DNA of 64,000 nt from the NCBI GenBank assembly GCA_950097015.1, contig CATNEN010000038.1, forward strand, positions 20,212,001 through 20,276,000, in the 5' to 3' direction. Source of the DNA: Macrostomum hystrix. Lineage: Eukaryota; Animalia; Platyhelminthes. Position 1 is the first letter of the stretch, and every line of letters begins with the position of its first letter. Below are positions 52,540 through 64,000 of the stretch, one piece after another. Below the pieces are notes generated by a model. The model was given only the letters and a program-made list of their open reading frames with translations. It had not been told where the DNA came from and did no database searches. The translations under genes and the position numbers were made by a program.

Positions 52540-53160
52540 CGAGATTGATACACTGGAATCTAATGGGTTGAGATTGATACACTGGAATCTAATGGGTTGA
52601 GATTGATACACTGGAATCTAATGGGTTGAGATTGATACACTGGAATCTAATGGGTTGAGATTGATGCACTGGAATCTAATGGGTTGAGATTGATACACTG
52701 GAATCTAATGGGTTGAGATTGATGCACTGGAATCTAATGGGTTGATATTGATGCACTGGAATCTAATGGGTTGAGATTGACACGCTGGAATTTCAGCGGT
52801 GAGATTATAAACTGAAATCTCAGCGGTGAGATTGATACACTGAAATCTCATGGGTGAGATAGATACATTGGAATCTCAGGGATGAGATTATACACTAGAA
52901 TCTCATGGGTGAGATTGATACACTGAAATCTCATTGGTGAGATCAATACACTGGAATCTCATGGATGAGATCGATACACTGGAATCTCTGCGGTGAGACT
53001 GATACACTGAAATCTCGTGGGTGAGATTGATACACTGGAATCTCGGGGGTGAGATGGACACTGGAATCTCATGGGTGAGATTGATACACTGGAATCTCGG
53101 GGTGAGACTGATACACTGGAATCTCAGTTGGTGAGATTGATTCACTGGAATCCCATGATT
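52540..53160 (+). repeat. 29-bp minisatellite (related units at about 51110-51255)
   Basis: Unit gagattgatacactggaatctaatgggtt. Confidence 0.93.
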
Positions 53161-53231
53161 GGGGTCGAGACACTGGTATATTTTGAATTGACATTATGTC
53201 AATATCTTCAAAAATTTACATCTGGAATTTA

Positions 53232-53668
53232 CCAATATTGATAGACTGCAGAGGGCTGAAACGAGGTAAAACGTCGAGGCGCGTAGCGCCCGTTTCAGCC
53301 CGAGCAGCCTGTCCATATTAGTGCAGTACTCGTAGTTAGCTGGCGTGAAACGTCTATGAATTCCATCTATGGAATTCGACCATAGACAACAGCAGAGGGC
53401 GGGCTGCCGTTAGTTTCAACCTCGTTTCAACACGCGTAGGCTAACTACAATCGTACTGTACCATGACCTTTTTTGCCCGGCGGGCAGAAAGTCTTGCCTG
53501 TTAATGGCCATAGATGAATTAATGCTCGGTAATTTTCTTGCGGGCAGTTAATAGCCATTAACCGCCCGCAAAAAGGCATCGACCAATAGGAATAGGAATG
53601 GCTCTGCCCCACACCCCCGTCTCTGACTCTGAAAGTATAGCTTGGGCAAAAACGTCTATGGTACAATA
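53232..53668. mobile_element. Three adjacent hairpin/MITE-like elements
   Basis: Inverted repeat pairs gggctgaaacg/cgtttcagccc, gtagttagc/gctaactac and tgtaccatgaccttttttgccc/gggcaaaaacgtctatggtaca. Confidence 0.65.
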
Positions 53669-54121
53669 AAATTGATACCCAAGCTTTGCGGGCCCCTCTG
53701 ATTTTCCCTTAAAGCATGGTATTAATGGTATATTGTTCAGCACTCAATCGTTGTCAGCTCGCTTGTATTATTGTTTTCGTTTTTTTGAGAAAAAATTTTT
53801 TAAGACTTAAGCGATAAGTTTTATAAGAATAGCAAACTACTACTATAAGTAGGTTATTTGTTACTTGCAAAAAGACAGGCAGGCAAGATTATCAAAGTAT
53901 AGGCAGCAGATTTAGGGGCACTCGGGAAACAGAAATTGTAGCTACGTATTTTTTAATAGCATTTTAAGATTGACGTAAAAGAGACGGTAATTTTAGGAGG
54001 AAAATTTATAGTTGCAATTCGCGCTGTTTAGCTTCTCAGAATTAGTTCTCATTGAGACTAAATAGTCCTGTCTCTTAAACAATGCTTCTAAAGTCTAAAT
54101 TCTCGTATAGTCGTTAGAAGT

Positions 54122-57100
54122 TCAAAGCACAACGCAGCACGACGAGGTCTGTCTTCTCGGCGGTGGCGGTAGCTGATCCGGGGTGGGCTCAGTGACCACG
54201 CCGTCAATGAAAAACCTGAAGAATTGGATTGTCATTGATTGATGATCGTTTGTTAGAAATTGATTTTCAATGATTGATGATCGTTTGTTAGAAATTGATT
54301 TTCAATGATTGATGATCGTTTGTTAGAAATTGATTTTCAATCATTGATGATCGTTTGTTACAAACTGATTGTCAATCATTGATGATCGTTTGTTAGAAAT
54401 TGATTGTCAATGATTGATGATCGTTTGTTAGAAACTGATTGTCAATGATTGATGATCGTTTGTTAGAAACTGATTGTCAATCATTGATGATCGTTTGATA
54501 GAAATTGATTTTCAATGATTGATGATGATTTATTAGAAATTGATCGTCAATGATTGATGATCGTTCATAAGAAATTGATTGTAATTGATTTAACGATCAT
54601 CAATGCCACAAATTGATTCTTTCTGATTGATAAATCGTTATCTAAAATATCCAAAATGTTTGTTGATTATTATTTGTTGATCAAGAATCGGTTGGTTGCT
54701 ATGGTTGAACCCACCTGAAGCAGGTGACATAGCTGTGATTGGTCAGCTTGGTGAGCATGACGTCACAATTGGAGTGCTTCACATCGTCTGCCTCGGCCGG
54801 ATGGAACACTTGGACTGTCTCGGCTGACACAATTCGAGGCTCTAGTGATGGATAAAAAAGAAATTAAATTAAATTAGAATTGTTATAGTTAAAATTAAAA
54901 TTTAAGTTAATAAAAATACTAAAACAAATTTTAAGTTAGGCATAATTTTACTTGGAAAATTATATAAAAATTTATCAAGTAGGTATGTTTAATTTGATAA
55001 ACAATTCAATTTAATTTTAAAAGTCTAATTATATTTATTTAAAATATAAAATTAAAAATATTTTAAATAAATTTTAACATATTTTTAATTTAGAAATAAT
55101 ATTTATATCGGCACACTTTTTGATTTAGTATTAAAAAATATATTTTTTATCAATTTTTCGAAGCAAAGATCTCACTGGTGACACTCATCCAGCTAGCAAT
55201 TCTGCCGCAGGTCATCTGCACAGATTCGTAGCTCTGGTCGCCGATTTTGAACGGCACAAACACCTTGGTGGTTAGTAGGCCAGTGTGCAGCAGCGGCAGG
55301 GGCGGACCGCCGTACGTGAAGATTAACTGCGGACATTTTTGTCAGGCTTGTAGTCATATCTAAATACTGCATGGGGCCTAATAGAAGACTGTACTATAGA
55401 CTGTGGGAACTGTACTTTAATTATATGAGATGTGCTTAAATATGTAGGAACCGTAATTTAGGCTGTGGGATCTGTACTTTAGACTGTGGGATCTGTACTT
55501 TAGACTGTGGGATCTGTACTTTAAGCTGTAGGAGCTGTACTTTAGACTGTGAGATCTGTACTTTAGACTGTAGGAACTGTGCTTTAATCTTAAGGACCTG
55601 TACTTTAGACTTCGGATCTGTACATTAGACTGTGAGATCTGTACTTTAAGCTGTAGGAGCTATACTTTAGGCTGTGGGATCTGTACTTTAAGCTGTAGGA
55701 GCTATACTTTAGGCTGTGGAATCTGTACTTTAGACTGTGGGAACTGTTACTTCAGGCTGTGGGATCTGTACTCTAAGCTGTGGGAGCTGTACTTTAGACT
55801 GTGGAATCTGTACTTCAGACTGAGGATCTGTACTTTAGGCTGTGGGAACCGTTACTTCAGGCTGTGGGATCTGTACTTTAGACTGTGGGAACCGTTACTT
55901 CAGGCTGTGGGATCTGTACTTTAGACTGTGGGACCCGTTACTTCAGGCTGTAGAAGCTGTACTTTAGACTGAGGGATCTGTACTTTAGGCTGTGGGATCT
56001 GTACTTTAAGCTGTAGGAGCTGTACTTTAGACTGTGGGAACTGTACTTTAGACTGTGGGAACTGTACTTTAGACTGTGGGAACTGTACTTTAGACTGTGG
56101 GAACTGTACTTTAGACTGTGGGAACTGTACTTTAGACTGTGGGAACTGTACTTTAGACTGTGGGAACTGTACTTTAGACTGTGGGAACTGTACTTTAGAC
56201 TGTGGGAACTGTACTTTAGACTGTCGGATCTGAACTTTAGACTGTGGGAACTGTACTTTAGACTGTCGGATCTGAACTTTAGACTGTGGGAGGATCTGTA
56301 CTTTAGACTGTGGGATCTTTAGCTTAAACTGTGGGCTTTCCACTTTGAATTTAAGCGGAGAGAATTTTTACTCTAAACGACGGAATCTGTAATTTAGCCT
56401 AAAATCTGTACTTTAGTCTCTAGGATCTGTATTTTAAGATCTGTATTTTCTGTCTGTACTTTAAACTGTAGGATCGGTACGATAAACTTTAACGTTTTCA
56501 ATTGACACCTGTCAATTCTTACCCTCAAAGTAGTCAGCATGAATGACGTCACAGAGCCGGAGCGATCAATGGAGTGACTGCGATAAGGATTCTCCACCTC
56601 GGCCCACTCCTTCCATCCTGAAATTCGGAAGTGATTTTCGTTTTTAAAAATCCAAATAGCACTACTTACAGTAGAGTTCTATGTTTTCCAGAAATTAGAT
56701 GAATATAAAAGCTTTACTCAGATCTCCGCCCTCCATGTTGACAAACAGTCGAAACGATTGCAGATCTGTGACGCGAACATTCTGCAAGTTTAAAGAATGA
56801 AGCTCCGGTAATAAATATTCATAGAAATATAGTTATTAAAATAGCAATCAGATATGTGAAATTTCAGCGTATCTAACCGCATGATTTTGCCCAATCCACT
56901 TGATGGCTTTGTTGATCAGAGTGGTGTAATCAGAGAATTTCGGCCGCTGCATTCCAGACCGGTGCGTGGCCTCCGGCAGCAGGCTGACAATGCCTGGCAG
57001 GTGTGACAGGTGCGGTTTAGTTTGATAGGTAAAACGATGAGAGTGAGAGGTGCGGATTTTGATTGACAGGTAAGGAGATGGGAGTGACAGATGCGGATTT

Positions 57101-59874
57101 TGATTGACAGGTAAGGAGATGGGAGTGACAGGTGCGGATTTTGATTGACAGGTAAGGAGATGGGAGTGACATGTATGAGATGAAAGTGACAGGTATGAGA
57201 TGGAAGTGACAGGTATGAGATGGAAGTGACAGGTATGAGATGGGAGTGACAGGTATGAGATGGAAGTGACAGGTATGAGATGGAAGTGACAGGTATGAGA
57301 TGACAGTGACAGGTATGAGATGGAAGTGACAGGTATGAGATGGGAGTGACAGGTATGAGATGACAGTGACAGGTATGAGATGGAAGTGACAGGTATGAGA
57401 TGACAGTGACAGGTATGAGATGGAAATGGTAGGCATGAGATGGAAGTAACAGGTATTCGAGATGACAGTGACAGGTATGAGATTGAAGTGACAGGTATGA
57501 GATGGAAGTGACAGGTATGAGATGACAGTGACAGGTATGAGATGGAAGTGACAGGTATGAGATGGAAGTGTCAGGTATGAGATGGAAGTGACAGGTATGA
57601 GATGACAGTGACAGGTATGAGATGGAAGTGTCAGGTATGAGATGGAAGTGACAGGTATGAGATGACAGTGACAGGTATGAGATGGAAGTGTCAGGTATGA
57701 GATGACAGTGACAGGTATGAGATGACAGTGACAGGTATGAGATGACAGTGACAGGTATGAGATGGAAGTGACAGGTATGAGATGACAGTGACAGGTATGA
57801 GATGGAAGTGACAGGTATGAGATGGAAGTGTCAGGTATGAGATGACAGTGACAGGTATGAGATGACAGTGACAGGTATGAGATGGAAGTGACAGGTATGA
57901 GATGGAAGTGTCAGGTATGAGATGGAAGTGACAGGTATGAGATGACAGTGACAGGTATGAGATGGAAGTGTCAGGTATGAGATGGAAGTGACAGGTATGA
58001 GATGGAAGTGTCAGGTATGAGATGGCACTGATAAGAGCTTAAAAGTACATGTATAGGAAATGGGAGAGACAATTTGCCATAATATTTGTTAATCCTATTA
58101 AGCTCCCAACAAAAATCACAAACCAATTTTTTCGTTAAGCGGCACGCCAACCATGTAGTAGATTCTCAGGCCGATGACGTAGAACTTTCCCCTGTCCTGT
58201 CGGGCCATCATGTAGGTCTTGTCCAAATCAATGTTGCGCTTGTTGCCCCAGCGTTGAAATAGTAGCTCCATCTGCTCCATGTTGAGAATGGTCCCAGGTA
58301 TAGGGCTGGTGCCAAACTGCAGATTCATAGCCTCACAGGTCTGCTTGAGATCTTCGAACTCGGGGAACATGCTGTTGTCTGACTTTGGCGTCGGCTTCGG
58401 CAGCACGTTGATGTACCACAGCTGTTGCATCGGTATGTCATTGCGCTGGGTGACCCACATCCTGCGAGACAGGAATTATTGGTTTTGCCCATAGACTACT
58501 GCTTGCCCATGCTTGCGTCATTGTTTTTCTTTTCTTCCGTTGTAATTTTTAGTTAGCTATTATATAACATACTTACGCTAATTTCTACTTACTTTCGTTA
58601 ATTTCTACCTACTTCCGTTACTTTCTACTTCCGCTTTCGTTGATTTCTAGTAAATACCGCTAATATCTGACTAGTTTCGTTGCTTTCTACTGAACTCCGC
58701 TAATTTATATTTACTTCCACAAATTTCTACTAAATTCCGCTAATGTTTACTTAATACCATTTATTTATGCATGCTTTCGTTGATTTCTACTAAGTTTTGA
58801 TAATATCTAACTAATTTCGTTTTATTTCTACTAAACTCCGTTCATTTCTACTAAATTCCGTTAATTTCTACTAAATTCCGTTAGTTTATACTAAATTCCG
58901 TTAGTTTTTACTTAAATCCGTTAATTTATACATGCTTTCGTTGATTTCTACTAAATTCCGCTAATATAAAATTAAATTAGTTTAAATCTACTGAACTCCG
59001 CAAATTTCTATATAGTTTTGCAAATTCATACAAAAATCCGTTACTTTCTACAAAATTCAGTTAATTTCTACAAAAGTCCGTTACTTTCTACGAAATTCCG
59101 TTAATTTTTACTTACTTCCGTTAGTTAATGCTTACTTTCGTTGCCTTATACTGAATTCCGCTAATATCCAATTAGTATCTTTATTTATACTTAACTCCGC
59201 TAGTTTCAACTTACGTTTGCTAATTTCTACGAGTTCATCATGAAATTAAAATGTTATAACTATTCCTACATTTGCTTTATTTTTTTATTTTCCATAGTTT
59301 CTTGTTACCTACGTTGTTTTTGTTTTAATGACACATATTTTTCGGCCTTAGGTGAACAAAACTAAAATTTGCATAAATGATAACTGTAGCCTCACCTGAG
59401 TCCGCGGACAAACACCAGGGTGCCAAATTTCGAGCCCCGGGTATGAGTCGAGGCGTAGTCAATGACGCCGTCAAACGAAGCCGGCCTCAGAATGGTCTCG
59501 CAGCGCATGCAACGAAAATCTGGGTGCGCTGTTAGCCAGTGATTAGCCTGGGCCATCAGAGTTCTGGTGCAGCAAATCAGGGCGTGTAATTCTTATATAC
59601 TACTCTCCGGTTGTGATAGATAAGTAGTATGAAAATCTTGACTTACGAAAATGACTCAAATCTAGGCGATATCTCCAGTCTCTGGTTGCCTTTCTGCTGG
59701 CAGATCGGATAAAATTCTATGGACATCACGTGACCCTGGCTGCTCTGCATCATGAACCGAGGCGGAGTCGGAGCCTTCTGTGGCACCTGCTGAATGAGCT
59801 GCTGGCTCGCTGCCAAGTTGCGATTTCAAGGGGTTAGGATTTTTTCGTTTTCGTATTACTAACTACTACTACTA

Positions 59875-59907
<33 letters not shown>

Positions 59908-61050
59908 TACTACTACTACTACTAATTAATAATAATAAATAATTGATTACCCCTGCCCCAATTAGGCCAGATGTGCAGCCAACAGCACAGCCGCAGCTAT
60001 TGCGCGGCGCATCTGAAGGCTGCGTACGGCTGTTCAGTCCATGGACTGGGGGGACGCCACACCCACCTTCAATTATCCCAGCTGATGCTGGTACCCATTT
60101 AACAGCTGGGTGAACTGAAGCAATGCAGAGTTAAGTGTCTTGCTAAAGGACACAAATTGTTCTAGTGGAGTCGGGAATCGAACCCCCGACCTTCAAGTCG
60201 TGAGTCTGACGCTCTAACCACTAGGCTACAACCTCGACTACTACTACTACAACTACATGCCGAGTTAGGTGTCTTGCTTATGAACAAGAACTTTTCTAGT
60301 GGAGTCAGGAATCGAACCCCCAACCTTCAAGTCGTGAGCCGCATGCTCTAACAACGAAATTAAAACCTCCCCTAGATACAGCTAACACACCAAACCATAT
60401 TTAGGAAGCAACGATTAAAACTACAAATCTCTGACAACACCTCTGCATAAAGATTTGTACTTTAACTAAGGGTATCGGCATATTTATTATTAATATAATA
60501 AATCATGGGATATGCACTTTAAACTGTGCGATTCGCACTTTAGTCTGTGGGATCTTACAGCCTCCACAGTCCACGGACTGAACAGCTGTACACAGTGTTT
60601 GGATAATGCAGTTGCATTAACTCTAATTCCTACCCCAGCTCATGCTGGTACTCATTTTACAGCTGGTTCAACTGAAACAATTCGGAAGAAAAGACATATT
60701 ATTTCCTATTGGCTGTGACTCGAACTCGCGACCTCTCTCGGTCAGAAGCCAGAAACTCTAATTCATTGCGGCAACTCACGATTACTATATTGAGGCGGTC
60801 CTGGAATATTTTCGTCATCGGACGAGTCGCTGGAGCTGCTGCTGTCGCCGGCCTTCTTATCGCCCGGCTGCTTGTTGCGTCGCTTCTTCTTCTCGGAGCG
60901 AGCCTCTTTTGGTTTGAAATTCGGCAAATAGCTGGTGCCGTAGCTGCTTTCTTCGACTCGCACACCCTGGCCTTGACCAGAGGTCGGCATCGGCGGCGGC
61001 GGCGGCGGCGGCGCTGACGGTTCCGGAGGAGCAGTTTGGTTGTCACCCAT
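54122..61050 (-). CDS. Uncharacterised protein, about 528 aa, with four internal ~100-aa repeats and a C-terminal CaaX (CCVVL); 10 exons
   Basis: Exons 61050-60780, 59809-59647, 59563-59396, 58461-58124, 56993-56878, 56781-56718, 56617-56523, 55326-55176, 54841-54715, 54215-54122. All introns GT-AG and phase-compatible; 1587 nt without a stop. Confidence 0.8.
54225..54600 (+). repeat. 35-bp minisatellite
   Basis: Unit tgattgatgatcgtttgttagaaattgattttcaa. Confidence 0.93.
55385..56340 (+). repeat. 21-bp minisatellite
   Basis: Unit tttagactgtgggaactgtac. Confidence 0.94.
57000..58025 (+). repeat. 20-bp minisatellite
   Basis: Unit gatggaagtgacaggtatga. Confidence 0.95.
58570..59230 (+). repeat. 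Degenerate 20-bp minisatellite
   Basis: Unit ttaatttctactaaattccg. Confidence 0.85.
59937..60235 (-). mobile_element. Full-length tRNA-derived CORE-SINE
   Basis: tRNA-like head with A box (tagcctagtgg) and B box (ggttcgattccc); then gtgtcctttagcaagacacttaactctgcattgcttcagttcacccagctgttaaatggg, similar to the MIR CORE; (ATT)n tail; sits in a (TAC)n tract. Confidence 0.85.
60265..60770 (-). mobile_element. Additional CORE-SINE fragments (60265-60370 head; about 60560-60770 degenerate copy)
   Basis: B-box-like aatcgaacc/ctcgaact and the CORE segment ggtactcattttacagctgg. A similar degenerate copy lies at about 50330-50482. Confidence 0.6.
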
Positions 61051-62177
61051 TTTGAGACAGATTTTTTCCCGTGACACTAACAGACCTGCTGGGATATTTC
61101 GCTATTCTTCAGAACAGAACACTTTAAGCGTGGAAGGGGTATTATGGGAATCATAGTCTAGCTGTTGTTATTAGCAACGTGGGCGTTAGTACTGATGGGA
61201 CAATAGTTCAGCAAGGCAGACCTTCGTGTACGCGTGTACTCAACTCCAAAAACCTCCCCTCCCTCCTTGGGGGAGAAATAATTCCAGCAGCGGCTTTTCA
61301 TTCTATTATATGAATTCGGCTCCCTTGACAACCGGGCTTGGCAACCAGGCCGCGCTGTTACTCAGAATTGAGCGGGACAGTGAGAGAGAGAGAGTGAGCT
61401 AGCATTGAGTCCAGCCAGGTGGATTTGACCACTCTTGAAAATCTCCCTTCCCCAGTCGCCATGGATTGGCATTTTTGCTATAATTGTTTTAGTTTGCATT
61501 ATAAATTATCTAAGACAAAGATTTGCACTATACGAGCATATGGTACGCCAGAACTCAGGTTTTTTAGGATTTTTAGTCTAAAAGCCTAACATAGAACAAT
61601 GGCCTTGACTGACATCCGTTGTTATGGATTGGCACCGTAGATGCCCACTAGCAGTAGGGACCGATGAGTGGAAGTTTATTTTGAAAAGCAGTATTTTTCT
61701 ATTTTCTCATTCCTATCTGCTTAGTGTATTTTCGGCCCAGCGCGTTTGGCCCCAGCCAACACGAGTTCAAGCTCCAGCAGTCGCTAACTGAGCAATATTC
61801 AAAGTGAAGCGCCCCTATTCTAATATCCTCTAAATGCAACAAACAAAAAGACAACGCCATGGATACTAAAAAAATCTGGACTGCCCACTACCAGTGCCAG
61901 TTTAGAAGAAAAGGATCATAAAATTACGGGCCATAAACTCAATAAAATTATAGAATGAATTTTTTACGATCCAAAGATATTCTGTGCACCATCGAATATT
62001 CTCACAGCCATTTGCCTGTTTCTCTGTCACAATAAAAAGATTCTTATCAATTTACTTCTCTTTTTTTGTTAAAAACAAGCCGTTGCTTGACCATTTTCTC
62101 TTCCTGGCCAATTAGAAGCAAGTTTGTCACAACAATGCCCCATGTTGCAAATGTATGAAAATAATCTCATGCCAGCA

Positions 62178-62184
62178 TATAAAT
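62178..62184 (+). promoter_or_regulatory. Candidate TATA box
   Basis: TATAAAT about 100 bp upstream of the ATG at 62283. Confidence 0.4.
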
Positions 62185-62282
62185 ATGAGACTCTGAAGGC
62201 TGTTGGACCAGTTTATAGTTTCCAGCCATCGAGTTAACTAAAGGAAGCATCTGTTTTCCTTAAACTGACTGAAAAACTGAAA

Positions 62283-63706
62283 ATGAGTCAATGCCCATCT
62301 CCGTATAGCAGCAGCAGCAGCAGCAGCAGCAGCTCCTCTAACTTTGGTGAGATCTTAAGCATTGCATGTCAACAACTAGAAGATAGTTCCAGAGTCCTTG
62401 GTTGGATTCCTTATACACCCTCGCAACTGGTCAGCAACTTCACGTACTGTGTCCACTCTGAAATAAGACTGTTCTGGATCTTAAGTCAGCACCCATCTCG
62501 TCCCCGTGTCTCATCTCTCACCTGTCTCATTTCTCCCGTGTCTTATCTCTCCCGTGTCTCATTTCTCCCGTGTCTTATCTCTCCCCTGTCTCATTTCTCC
62601 CGTGTCTTATCTCTCCCCTGTCTCATTTCTCCCGTGTCTTATCTCTCACCTGTCTCATTTCTCCCGTGTCTTATCTCTCCCCTGTCTCATTTCTCCCGTG
62701 TCTTATCTCTCACCTGTCTCATTTCTCCCGTGTCTCATCTCTCACCTGTCTCATTTCTTCCCCATTTCTCAGTGTCTCATCTCTTTCCTGTCTCATCTCT
62801 CAGTGTATTATCTCTCCACTGTCTCATCTCTCCACTGTCTCATCTCTCTAGCTACTGTCTCATCTCTCCACTGTCGCATCTCTCCACTGTCTCATTTCTC
62901 CACTGTCTCATCTCTCCACTGTCTCATCTCTCTAGCTACTGTCTCATCTCTCTAGCTACTGTCTCATCTCTCTAGCTACTGTCTCATCTCTCTAGCTACT
63001 GTCTCATCTCTCTAGCTACTGTCTCATCTCTCTAGCTACTGTCTCATCTCTCTAGCTACTATCTCATCTCTCTAGCTACTGTCTCATCTCTCTCCTGTAT
63101 AATTTCAGTCGGCAGCTCTTTCACAGTCTTTGATGATAGCCTACGAAAGCAGCAGCAGCAGCAGCAACAGCAGCAACAGCTGAAATTCGGTATCAGTAGT
63201 ATACTCAGCTCGGGCTCGCATTCAAATTCCCAAGACAGCAAATCATTAACGAATGAGGCGACGGCAACCGCTGATCAAAAGGCTGTTGAACTGGCCTGGC
63301 GTTTCTGTGAGCCGCAGCAGCAGCAGCAGCAGCAGCAGCAAGAACAACTAATGCAAGCGTACAAGTACTGGATGACATTGCAGTCGTCAATCGCTGCAGT
63401 AAGTCTGCCATGCCAACCTGAATACGAGAAATTATGTTACATGCCTATTAACCTACCGCCAGTACCCCAGTACTGTTGAAATATTTTATTTAAACTGTCT
63501 TATTCACCGCGGAACAAATTTGCAGAATGTAGCAACGATACCAGCTTATAACCAATTAACTTCTGGAGCCCCTGAGCAGCAGCAGCAGCAACAGCAGCAA
63601 CAGTTTCAACTGCAATTTGTCAACAACGGAAATGGAATAAAAAATCCCTTAGCTGAAGTTGAGACAACTCGCAGAGCCAGTGTCACCGCTGTTAGAAGTG
63701 GTTTAT
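62283..63706 (+). CDS. 5' part of a Q-rich putative transcription factor with an eh1 motif; continues beyond the window
   Basis: Exons 62283-62346, 63109-63398, 63526-~63706 are phase-compatible. LKFGISSILS fits eh1 (FxIxxIL). No DNA-binding domain lies in the window. Confidence 0.6.
62500..63095 (+). repeat. About 20-bp CT-rich minisatellite
   Basis: tgtctcatctctctagctac and related units. Confidence 0.92.
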
Positions 63707-63789
63707 GTAAGTGTAGGATCACTTTTTAATTCATGAAAACTCCCACCTGGATGCAAGATATTCTTTAAATGAAATCCGGACACCATTCC

Positions 63790-64000
63790 TACCTGAATTC
63801 CTGAGATTTCCCACCTGAATTCCAACGTTTCCCACCTGAAATCCTGAAGTTTCTCACCTGAATTATTGAGACTTCCAACCTGAATTCCTGAGACTTCTAA
63901 CCTGAATTCCTGAGACTTCCAACCTGAATTCCTGAGACTTCCAACCTGAATTCCTGAGACTTCCAACCTGAATTCCTGAGATTCCAACCTGAATTCCTGA
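63790..64000 (+). repeat. 22-bp minisatellite, running off the window end
   Basis: Unit gagacttccaacctgaattcct. Confidence 0.92.

Noticed and set aside
63205-63411. Minus-strand signal-peptide-like ORF
   Set aside because: Poly-Ala is the antisense of CAG runs in the + strand exon, which has proper splice sites and an eh1 motif.
1-64000. General rule that intronic minisatellites avoid AG on the sense strand
   Set aside because: True for a few arrays, but many others (17-, 30-, 32-, 37-bp units) contain AG.

Overview
Eukaryotic, intron-rich animal DNA in which nearly every large intron carries its own minisatellite and many proteins carry poly-Q/poly-A tracts. This resembles a flatworm such as Macrostomum (inference, not verified). 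Six housekeeping genes run head-to-tail on the + strand: POLR3A (3' part), an SH3BP5-like gene, PCTP/STARD2, a mitochondrial release factor 1, SCAI and RNPS1. They are spaced about 1 kb apart, with a splice acceptor just before each downstream ATG, which suggests a trans-spliced operon. Next come a 10-exon minus-strand gene for an uncharacterised four-repeat protein ending in a CaaX box, and the start of a divergent Q-rich gene with an eh1 motif. The main accessory feature is an intact 11,183-bp CACTA/EnSpm-type transposon (17188-28370; 39-bp TIRs, TT target duplication) inserted into a minisatellite in PCTP intron 1. It carries a DDE transposase, an orphan ORF, a spliced coiled-coil/BEN-like accessory gene and complex subterminal repeats. 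tRNA-derived SINEs (including a CORE-SINE family) and several MITEs are also present. All gene models were built by hand from GT-AG sites and frame continuity; protein family calls come from remembered motifs, not database searches.
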